From NCBI GenBank assembly GCA_900617105.1, contig UYFQ01000035.1:1-64000 (forward strand): a stretch of 64,000 bases of DNA, in the 5' to 3' direction. This document shows, one piece after another, positions 9,504-20,900 of the stretch (its first letter is position 1; the number at the start of each line of letters is the position of its first letter). The translations under genes were made by a program, and so were the position numbers. This DNA is from Hydrurus foetidus (taxonomy: Eukaryota). Below the pieces are notes generated by a model. It saw only the letters and a program-made list of their open reading frames with translations, was not told the origin of the DNA and ran no database searches.

Positions 9504-10691
9504 GTGTCAGAAGACGAAAAGACAAGCTTGGGTAAGTTCATCGCCGGGATGGTGGCAGACAGCACCGCAAGACGTTATCGATCAGGATGGACGCATTGGA
9601 AAGACTACCTGCGCTCCTTATCAAGTCCAGCAGATGAATTGGATCCATACTTACAAAAGGCGGCAGACGACAAAGAGAGGGCCTGCAGAGTTGGTCTTTT
9701 TCTCAAAGACAGATACGAAGTAAAAGGCTTACGTGATCGCGCCGCCACAGGAGTCATCGCGCATATTCGATATCATTTCTCAATAGCGCTACATCCAACT
9801 GAGTTCTTTGATACGCAGATCATCACCGGAGTTCGCAAAGCCTGCCGAATGACTACCGCAGAATTGAAACAGAAAAAGAAGAATGTTAACGCAACGACAA
9901 AGCTGCCGGTATGCGAAGATATTCTGTACAAAATACGCGCCAAGCTTTTCGAGGACAACCCTTGGACAGGCATACATCTAGACAACCGAATGACTTACAT
10001 GGGAGCCATGTGGGGTTTCGACATAGGAGTCAGAATCGGCGAAATGACAGCACCGGAGAAAGGTTGCACAGATCATAATATCCGAGCGGATGAAATCATT
10101 TTTATTTTGTCGACGCCGATTGTGGAGAATGGTGAGGATGTCTTCCGTCTGCGAGGCGGTGATAAACGACTTGCAGAACAGATAAAGAACAACATACTCA
10201 TGTGCGACGTCCAAGCCTCATCACACAAGATGGGATCACTAAAGAAAACCAAGTGCATAGGCAGAAGAAGCTTTGAAGAATCACAATGGCTAGATGATGT
10301 AATACAGTGGACCGTCAAAGCAGATCTCGCAGGCTCTGATCCGTTATTCTCTCGTCCATCGAACCGTCCACCAGGTAGCAGAAAGTTCCTCACAGGAAAA
10401 ATGGTCAGGACAGCAGTGAAAGACGCCGTTGCTTCGGTCGGCTTACCACCAATTTTCTTTTCAGGTCATTCGCTTCGCAAAGCGATGTATACTCATATGA
10501 GGGCAGCTGGATGCTCTATAGACGACCGAAGAGATCGCGGTAACTATTCGGAAAATTCAAAGGTTGGGGATCAGGTGTACGATTATGCAGGGGCAGGACA
10601 TGGGCCTCTGTCATCCAACAGTTTGATTGGCGGTTTCAAACCGAACGTTGAGAACTGCAAAAGATACGTACCGGCATCTTATGCGAAGTAG
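9504..10691 (+). CDS. ORF3, tyrosine recombinase (start uncertain; first in-frame ATG at 9549)
   Basis: N-terminal STARRYRSGWTHW SAM-like helix. Catalytic residues: R (GVRIGE), K (SHK), HxxR (GHSLRK), RGNY, and Y (QVYDY). Confidence 0.93.
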   Translation: MSEDEKTSLGKFIAGMVADSTARRYRSGWTHWKDYLRSLSSPADELDPYLQKAADDKERACRVGLFLKDRYEVKGLRDRAATGVIAHIRYHFSIALHPTEFFDTQIITGVRKACRMTTAELKQKKKNVNATTKLPVCEDILYKIRAKLFEDNPWTGIHLDNRMTYMGAMWGFDIGVRIGEMTAPEKGCTDHNIRADEIIFILSTPIVENGEDVFRLRGGDKRLAEQIKNNILMCDVQASSHKMGSLKKTKCIGRRSFEESQWLDDVIQWTVKADLAGSDPLFSRPSNRPPGSRKFLTGKMVRTAVKDAVASVGLPPIFFSGHSLRKAMYTHMRAAGCSIDDRRDRGNYSENSKVGDQVYDYAGAGHGPLSSNSLIGGFKPNVENCKRYVPASYAK

Positions 10692-10720
10692 GTGATTTCC
10701 CGGATCGATTGAACTCTATT

Positions 10721-10960
10721 GGGGGGGGGATAACACCTACTCCCAGTTAGTATTCTCATGAGGGAATTTTCTGGGAGGAATTTTTTGAACAACACCCGAT
10801 GTAGGGTATCTGTTAATAACGCTTACATTTCGGATCACGGTTCATTTCATTTCCTACTGTACTATCTCTACGATACTGATGTCGGGAGTTCTTACACGCA
10901 TATCATATTCATACGCTCACGTACGGTTACAGAAATCAAGCCCACAGTACCGGAACAGAA
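10721..10960 (+). repeat. Split direct repeat B1 (starts with G9)
   Basis: Matches 11354-11597 with 5 substitutions and 2 homopolymer length differences. Confidence 0.93.
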
Positions 10961-11274
10961 TGCGGCTACTAACGGGAGCTTGCGGACGCTTGCTACTAGT
11001 TCTTTGGAGGTTGTGTGGGTGCCGATTTTGCACGTACGCTACTACTCGCCGGGAACCGGCTAGTGCTTCCGCATGAAAGTTTTTCATGCATGTCGACGAC
11101 GATACCGCACTATCGATACATCTACTTTTAGTGTAGTCAATAACGTACTTTCTCTTTGTTTGCATCTACGTATTCATACTCCCGTCGGGACTACATGTCA
11201 GAGCGGAATAGCTTAGCATTAGTAGTCTGAGGATCGTGAGTGCTTCGTCGACAATTCTTGAAGACTGTGCGATT
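10961..11274 (+). repeat. Split direct repeat A2
   Basis: Identical to A1 and abuts B1 directly (GAACAGAA|TGCGGC). Confidence 0.95.
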
Positions 11275-11353
11275 TATTTTACCCCGTTGCCATCCATACC
11301 TATTTACGATTTACAGATACCTGACTGTTCATTAATATCCCTGTGTAGTAGCA

Positions 11354-11597
11354 GGGGGGGGGGGGATAACACCTACTCCCAGTTAGTATTCTCATGAGGG
11401 AATTTTCTGGGAGGAATTTTTTTGAACAACACCCGATGTAGGGTATCTGTTAATAACGCTTACATTTCGGATCACGGTTGATTTCATTTCATACTGTACT
11501 ATCTCTACGATACTGATGTCGGGAGTTCTTACACGCATATCGTATTAATCCGCTCACGTACGGTTACAGAAATCAAGCCCACAGTACCGGAACAGAA
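11354..11597 (+). repeat. Split direct repeat B2 (starts with G12), the element's 3' terminus
   Basis: Copy of B1 ending ...CCGGAACAGAA, separated from A2 by a unique ~79-bp spacer. Confidence 0.93.
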
Positions 11598-11947
11598 CGA
11601 CGACGGTATTGGCCAACGCAGCAAAAAAGGGGTGGTGACCGGCTAAGGGTTAAAAATGACCCAGAGGCCTCAAAGCGCCCCCTCTCCTTTTATACCCCCT
11701 TGTTTGGACGAACGAATGTTCGTTCGTCCGAGCTGTGCAGATGTAATATATCCAACAATGAGGTGAGAGGAATTTTGCAAAGAAAATGTCTGCACGAAGC
11801 TTATCTTTGAATCTCTATGGGCGGTCACACTTTAATAGTGATCATCATATCTGACAAGCGCTGTCTGTCTTGAAGTATCGAACTCTCAGACGGCCTATCC
11901 CACTCGCGTAGATCGACGAAGGGAAATTGCTTTCTAAGGAGGAAGGC

Positions 11948-14900
11948 ATGGTTGCCTTCTACTGTGCCTTCAACATCACATTAATCATAACGCTTTTTAT
12001 TCGAGCCAGTAGCTCAGACAACTTACCCCCGATCCTGTCGTCGTTCTTTTCTGGTCTTCCATTGGCATCTGCCCTACATGCCGAGGCAATACGTGATGAA
12101 GGATGCGCAATTTTTGCGATGGTTCAATCGATTCCAAAGCTAGCCTCCCTTCCAGGTATCCTCGAGCATTGATGTGCTTCGATTGTTTCACCCGACATGC
12201 AAATCCTAATTATTATAGTCGTCTTCAACTTCGTTAGGGACAGCTTGGATAACTGCCAATACGCCAATTAACAATTCTCGGAAGAATAAACAAACGTGCG
12301 ATGAGGCGGACTTCAGTGCCTTCATCGAGGAGCAAGTTCGATTAGTCATGCAGAGCGTTCATAATGTGAAACCTGCATGGTGCCTCTTCGAGGGTGTGCG
12401 TTGCGGTGATACTCCTGAAAATGAAAATGGCGCCCATGTGAATTCGATCTCACTTCCTCATCTCGGCTTAAGCGGTACTCTGCCCGCTTCAATAGGGGAT
12501 TTTCTTTGTTTGACGCATTTCGATGTCAGCCATAATCATTTAAGTGGAACGATTCCGGGCTCCGTGAGCAACTGGCATGCAGGACTGAGAGAGCTGCGCC
12601 TGTCCAACAATATGTTCACAGGATTCATTCCACTCTCAATCGGGGCGTGCCGTGCTCTTGCCGTTCTAACGCTGGATTCTAATAAACTGACTGGGACAAT
12701 TCCATCTTCAATATATGACCTGGCATCATTAAAGAGACTGGACTTAGATAAGAATTCTCTGACTGGCCCAACTCCGACACAAATGTTCAAATCCACTCAG
12801 CTCATCTCTCTACCTTTGAAATCCAACTATCTGACTACGGGGTCAGCGAACATCGTTCCGGAATCTTTTTTCTCCGAAGAATTCAAACAGGGTACTTTGT
12901 TGCCCCGTGACAAGAGCGTAACAGACAAGTCCATCTTGCTTCAGAACCAAGAAGGCTCAGCTACACGGTGTCCCACTGCAAAGACTACGCTCACACGTAA
13001 GTGCTGATGATAGTATGTACCGCTTTCATTACTTGTATTTCAGTCGATGGGCGATACTAGACATACTATATGTCTCCCACAACATCACCGATAACCACTC
13101 GATTCAATTTAACAGAGCTGTCGTCATCGCTTACGCAAGGCAACCTGCATTCTGGTCAGACATTAATTAAAGCGGCAGCGACTACGATACCGTTGACAGG
13201 GACTGAGAAAGCTATACTCACCATAAGACAGGTACGTGTCACTGTTATTGAGTGTTCTCCATTTCTGCACCCTTCCTGCAACTAGTGCAACGAAGTCCAC
13301 CTATCTAATCTGTCTGCACATTCCTACCATATCGCGCCATCCAGTACTTCAGAGGGAAAGTCGCTGACCTCGGTAACTCTGACTTCCAGATGAAATTATT
13401 CGATACGATCAAGAACGGTGCATTTCCTCGTAAATATCCTGGCACAGATGGAATAACAACAACTGAATTCATTACCAACGGTATCGTGATGTCCCCTTTT
13501 GGACGTGTTGGAGAGATCGATTACTCAGTGACACAAGTAAATGGAGACGTAATTACGATGACGAAGCAACTACTTGATTTTACTTCTGGCCCTTTCGAAG
13601 ATACAATAAACAAAATATACAACGGAGTACAATACGTACCAACTGCTACGTACATAATATCCGCATCAACCCCGAAGCCCTCCCCGTCATCCACAGAACA
13701 TCCCACAATCTTACAATCAGATGCGCCATCGTCGGCATCAACATCGGCACCGTCATTCAGGCCATCGTCAGTACCGACATCGATACCGTCCATCAGGCCA
13801 TCGTCGGCATCAACATCGGTACCGTCAGTCAGGCCATCGTCGGTACCTACATCGGCACCGTCAGTTCAGGCCATCGTCGGTACCGACATCGATACCGTCA
13901 GTCAGGCCATCGTCGGTACCAACATCGGCACCATCAGTCAGGCCATCGTCGGTACCGACATCGGCACCGTCAGTCCGACCATCGTCAGTACCAACATCGG
14001 CACCGTCAGTCCGCCATCGTCAGTACCGACATCGATACCGTCAGTCAGGCCATCGTCGGCACCAACATCGGCACCATCAGTCAGGCCATCGTCGGTACCG
14101 ACATCGATACCAACATCTGAACCATCCTCATCACCCACACTGTTACCATCAGATGCGCCATCGTCGGTACCGACATCGATACCAACATCTGAACCATCCT
14201 CATCACCCACACTGTTACCATCAGATGCGCCATCGTCGGTACCGACATCGATACCAACATCTGAACCATCCTCATCACCCACACTGTTACCATCAGATGC
14301 GCCATCGTCGGTACCGACATCGATACCAACATCTGAACCATCCTCATCACCCACACTGTTACCATCAGATGCGCCATCGTCGGTACCGACATCGATACCA
14401 ACATCTGAACCATCCTCATCACCCACACTGTTACCATCAGATGCGCCATCGTCGGTACCGACATCGATACCAACATCTGAACCATCCTCATCACCCACAC
14501 TGTTACCATCAGATGCGCCATCGTCGGTACCGACATCGATACCAACATCTGAACCATCCTCATCACCCACACTGTTACCATCAGATGCGCCATCGTCGGT
14601 ACCGACATCGATACCAACATCTGAACCATCCTCATCACCCACACTGTTGCCATCAGATGCGCCATCGTCGGTACCGACATCGATACCAACATCTGAACCA
14701 TCCTCATCACCCACACTGTTACCATCAGATGCGCCATCGTCGGTACCGACATCGATACCAACATCTGAACCATCCTCATCACCCACACTGTTACCATCAG
14801 ATGCGCCATCGTCGGTACCGACATCGATACCAACATCTGAACCATCCTCATCACCCACACTGTTACCATCAGATGCGCCATCGTCGGTACCGACATCGAT

Positions 14901-17900
14901 ACCAACATCTGAACCATCCTCATCACCCACACTGTTACCATCAGATGCGATCCGTCGTCGGAACCGACATCGGCACTCGTCAGTCAGATGCCATCGTCGG
15001 TACCGACATCGATACCAACATCTGAACCATCCTCATCACCCACACTGTTACCATCAGATGCGCCATCGTCGGTACCGACATCGATACCAACATCTGAACC
15101 ATCCTCATCACCCACACTGTTACCATCAGATGCGCCATCGTCGGTACCGACATCGATACCAACATCTGAACCATCCTCATCACCCACACTGTTACCATCA
15201 GATGCGCCATCGTCGGTACCGACATCGATACCAACATCTGAACCATCCTCATCACCCACACTGTTACCATCAGATGCGCCGTCGTCGGTACCGACATCAG
15301 CACCGTCAGTTAGACCATCGCCGCTACCAACATCGGCACCGTCTGTCAGGCCATCGTCGGTACCGACATCGGCACCTTCTGTCAGGCCATCGTCGGTACC
15401 GACATCGATACCAACATCTGAACCATCCTCATCACCCACACTGCTACCATCAGATGCGCCATCGTCGGTACCGACATCAGCACCGTCAGTTAGACCATCG
15501 TCGGTACCAACATCGGCACCATCTGTCAGGCCATCGTCGGTACCCACATCGGTACCATCAGATGCGCCATCGTCGGTACCGACATCGATACCAACATCTG
15601 AACCATCCTCATCACCCACACTGTTACCATCAGATGCGCCATCGTCGGTACCGACATCAGCACCGTCAGTTAGACCATCGCCGCTACCAACATCGGCCCA
15701 TCGTGGTCAGGCCATCGTCGGTACCGACATCGGCACCGTCAGTCAGATGCCATCGTCGGTACCGACATCGATACCAACATCTGAACCATCCTCATCACCC
15801 ACACTGTTACCATCAGATGCGCCATCGTCGGTACCGACATCGATACCGTCATCTGAACCATCCTCATCACCCACATCTGTTACCATCAGATGCGCCATCG
15901 TCGGTACCGACATCGATACCAACATCTGAACCATCCTCATCACCCACACTGTTACCATCAGATGCGCCATCGTCGGTACCGACATCGATACCAACATCTG
16001 AACCATCCTCATCACCCACACTGCACCATCAGATGCGCCATCGTCGGTACCGACATCGATACCAACATCTGAACCATCCTCATCACCCACACTGTACCAT
16101 CAGATGCGCCATCGTCGGTACCGACATCGATACCAACATCTGAACCATCCTCATCACCCACACTGTTACCATCAGATGCGCCATCGTCGGTACCGACATC
16201 GGCCACCGTCAGTCAGATGCCATCGTCGGTACCGACATCGATACCAACATCTGAACCATCCTCATCACCCACACTGTTACCATCAGATGCGCCATCGTCG
16301 GTACCGACATCGATACCAACATCTGAACCATCCTCATCACCCACACTGTTACCATCAGATGCGCCATCGTCGGTACCGACATCGATACCAACATCTGAAC
16401 CATCCTCATCACCCACACTGTTACCATCAGATGCGCCATCGTCGGTACCGACATCGATACCAACATCTGAACCATCCTCATCACCCACACTGTTACCATC
16501 AGATGCGCCATCGTCGGTACCGACATCGGCACCATCAGTCAGATGCGCCATCGTCGGTACCGACATCGATACCAACATCTGAACCATCCTCATCACCCAC
16601 ACTGTTACCATCAGATGCGCCATCGTCGGTACCGACATCGATACCAACATCTGAACCATCCTCATCACCCACACTGTTACCATCAGATGCGCCATCGTCG
16701 GTACCGACATCGATACCAACATCTGAACCATCCTCATCACCCACACTGTTACCATCAGATGCGCCATCGTCGGTACCGACATCGATACCAACATCGTCGG
16801 TACCGACATCATCCATCATCACCCACACTGCACCATCAGATCGCCATCGTCGGTACCGACATCGATACCAACATCTGAACCATCCTCATCACCCACACTG
16901 TTACCATCAGATGCGCCATCGTCGGTACCGACATCGGCACCATCAGTCATGGCCATCGTCGGTACCGACATCGATACCAACATCTGAACCATCCTCATCA
17001 CCCACACTGTTACCATCAGATGCGCCATCGTCGGTACCGACATCGATACCAACATCTGAACCATCCTCATCACCCACACTGTTACCATCAGATGCGCCAT
17101 CGTCGGTACCGACATCGATACCAACATCTGAACCATCCTCATCACCCACACTGCTACCATCAGATGCGCCGTCGTCGGTACCGACATCGGCACCGTCAGT
17201 CAGGCCATCGTCGGCACCTACATCGATACCAACATCTGAACCATCCTCATCACCCACACTGTTACCATCAGATGCGCCGTCGTCGGTACCGACATCAGCA
17301 CCGTCAGTCAGGCCATCGTCGGTACCGACATCGATACCGTCAGTCAGGCCATTCTCGGCACCAACATCGGCACCATCAGTCAGGCCATCGTCGGTACCGA
17401 CATCGATACCGACATCGATACCAACATCTGAACCATCCTCATCACCCACACTGCTACCATCAGATGCGCCGTCGTCGGAACCGACATCGGCACCATCAGT
17501 CAGGCCATCGTCGGCACCGACATCGATACCAACATCTGAACCATCCTCATCACCCACACTGTTACCATCAGATGCGCCATCGTCGGTACCGACATCGATA
17601 CCAACATCTGAACCATCCTCATCACCCACACTGTTACCATCAGATGCGCCATCGTCGGTACCGACATCGATACCAACATCTGAACCATCCTCATCACCCA
17701 CACTGTTACCATCAGATGCGCCATCGTCGGTACCGACATCGATACCAACATCTGAACCATCCTCATCACCCACACTGTTACCATCATCGCCATCGTCGGT
17801 CCGACAACCAACATCCTCACACCACACTCCATCAGATGCGCCATCGTCGGTACCGACATCGATACCAACATCTGAACCATCCTCATCACCCACACTGTTA

Positions 17901-20900
17901 CCATCAGATGCGCCATCGTCGGTACCGACATCGATACCAACATCTGAACCATCCTCATCACCCACACTGTTACCATCAGATGCGCCATCGTCGGTACCGA
18001 CATCGATACCAACATCTGAACCATCCTCAGTCATCAGATGCGCCATCGTCGGTACCGACATCGATACCAACATCTGAACCATCCTCATCACCCACACTGT
18101 TACCATCAGATGCGCCATCGTCGGTACCGACATCGATACCAACATCTGAACCATCCTCATCACCCACACTGTTACCATCAGATGCGCCATCGTCGGTACC
18201 GACATCGATACCAACATCTGAACCATCCTCATCACCCACACTGTTACCATCAGATGCGCCATCGTCGGTACCGACATCGCACCTCATCAGTCAGGCCATC
18301 GTCGGTACCGACATCGATACCAACATCTGAACCATCCTCATCACCCACACTGTTACCATCAGATGCGCCATCGTCGGTACCGACATCGATACCAACATCT
18401 GAACCATCCTCATCACCCACACTGTTACCATCAGATGCGCCATCGTCGGTACCGACATCGATACCAACATCTGAACCATCCTCATCACCCACACTGTTAC
18501 CATCAGATGCGCCATCGTCGGTACCGACATCGATACATCATCAGATGCCATCGTCGGTACCGACATCGATACCAACATCTGAACCATCCTCATCACCCAC
18601 ACTGTTACCATCAGATGCGCCATCGTCGGTACCGACATCGATACCAACATCTGAACCATCCTCATCACCCACACTGTTACCATCAGATGCGCCATCGTCG
18701 GTACCGACATCGATACCAACATCTGAACCATCCTCATCACCCACACTGTTACCATCAGATGCGCCATCGTCGGTACCGACATCGATACCAACATCTGAAC
18801 CATCGTCATCACCGACACTGTTACCATCAGATGCGCCATCGTCGGTACCGACATCGATACCAACATCTGAACCATCCTCATCACCCACACTGTTACCATC
18901 AGATGCGCCATCGTCGGTACCGACATCGATACCAACATCTGAACCATCCTCATCACCCACACTGTTACCATCAGATGCGCCATCGTCGGTACCGACATCG
19001 ATACCAACATCTGAACCATCCTCATCACCCACACTGTTACCATCAGATGCGCCATCGTCGGTACCGACATCGATACCAACATCTGAACCATCCTCATCAC
19101 CCACACTGTTACCATCAGATGCGCCATCGTCGGTACCGACATCGATACCAACATCTGAACCATCCTCATCACCCACACTGTTACCATCAGATGCGCCATC
19201 GTCGGTACCGACATCGATACCAACATCTGAACCATCCTCATCACCCACACTGTTACCATCAGATGCGCCATCGTCGGTACCGACATCGATACCAACATCT
19301 GAACCATCCTCATCACCCACACTGTTACCATCAGATGCGCCATCGTCGGTACCGACATCGATACCAACATCTGAACCATCCTCATCACCCACACTGTTAC
19401 CATCAGATGCGCCATCGTCGGTACCGACATCGATACCAACATCTGAACCATCCTCATCACCCACACTGTTCCATCAGATGCGCCATCGTCGGTACCGACA
19501 TCGATACCAACATCTGATCCTCATCACCCACATGTGACATCGTCGGTACCATCATCGATACCGACATCTCGTCTCCCACACCACGTCCCACAATGTCTCC
19601 ATCAGATGTGCCATCGTCGGTACCACATCGATACCTTCATCCTCGTCTCCCACACCACGTCCCACAATATCTCCATCAGATGTGCCATCGTCGGTACCAT
19701 CATCGATGCCTTCATCCTCGTCTCCCACACCACGTCCCACAATATCTCCATCAGATGTGACATCGTCGGTACCACATCGATACCAACATCCTCGTCTCCC
19801 ACACCACGTCCCACAATATCTCCATCAGATGTGACATCGTCGGTACCATCATCGATGCCTTCATCCTCGTCTCCCACACCACGTCCCACAATATCTCCAT
19901 CAGATGTGACATCGTCGGTACCATCATCGATACCTTCATCCTCGTCTCCACACCACGTCCCACAATATCTCCATCAGATGTGACATCGTCGGTACCATCA
20001 TCGATGCCTTCATCCTCGTCTCCCACACCACGTCCCACAATATCTCCATCAGATGTGACATCGTCGGTACCATCATCGATGCCTTCATCCTCGTCTCCCA
20101 CACCACGTCCCACAATATCTCCATCAGATGTGACATCGTCGGTACCATCATCGATGCCTTCATCCTCGTCTCCCACACCACGTCCCACAATATCTCCATC
20201 AGATGTGACATCGTCGGTACCATCATCGATGCCTTCATCCTCGTCTCCCACACCACGTCCCACAATATCTCCATCAGATGTGACATCGTCGGTACCATCA
20301 TCGATGCCTTCATCCTCGTCTCCCACACCACGTCCCACAATATCTCCATCAGATGTGACATCGTCGGTACCATCATCGATGCCTTCATCCTCGTCTCCCA
20401 CACCACGTCCCACAATATCTCCATCAGATGTGACATCGTCGGTACCATCATCGATGCCTTCATCCTCGTCTCCCACACCACGTCCCACAATATCTCCATC
20501 AGATGTGACATCGTCGGTACCATCATCGATGCCTTCATCCTCGTCTCCCACACCACGTCCCACAATATCTCCATCAGATGTGACATCGTCGGTACCATCA
20601 TCGATGCCTTCATCCTCGTCTCCCACACCACGTCCCACAATATCTCCATCAGATGTGACATCGTCGGTACCATCATCGATGCCTTCATCCTCGTCTCCCA
20701 CACCACGTCCCACAATATCTCCATCAGATGTGACATCGTCGGTACCATCATCGATGCCTTCATCCTCGTCTCCCACACCACGTCCCACAATATCTCCATC
20801 AGATGTGACATCGTCGGTACCATCATCGATGCCTTCATCCTCGTCTCCCACACCACGTCCCACAATATCTCCATCAGATGTGACATCGTCGGTACCATCA

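Larger units (their letters stand above)
3288..11597 (+). mobile_element. Complete Ngaro-like (DIRS order) tyrosine-recombinase retrotransposon
   Basis: Seen: split direct repeats A1 (3288-3601), B1 (10721-10960), A2 (10961-11274), B2 (11354-11597); gag-like, RT/RNaseH and YR ORFs; no target-site duplication. Established: A1...B1A2B2 with RT-RH-YR is the Ngaro/PAT architecture. Confidence 0.95.

Noticed and set aside
10721..11597. B1/B2 near an RT as a DGR template/variable repeat pair
   Set aside because: The differences are not adenine-specific in one copy, the repeats are non-coding, and the Ngaro architecture explains them.
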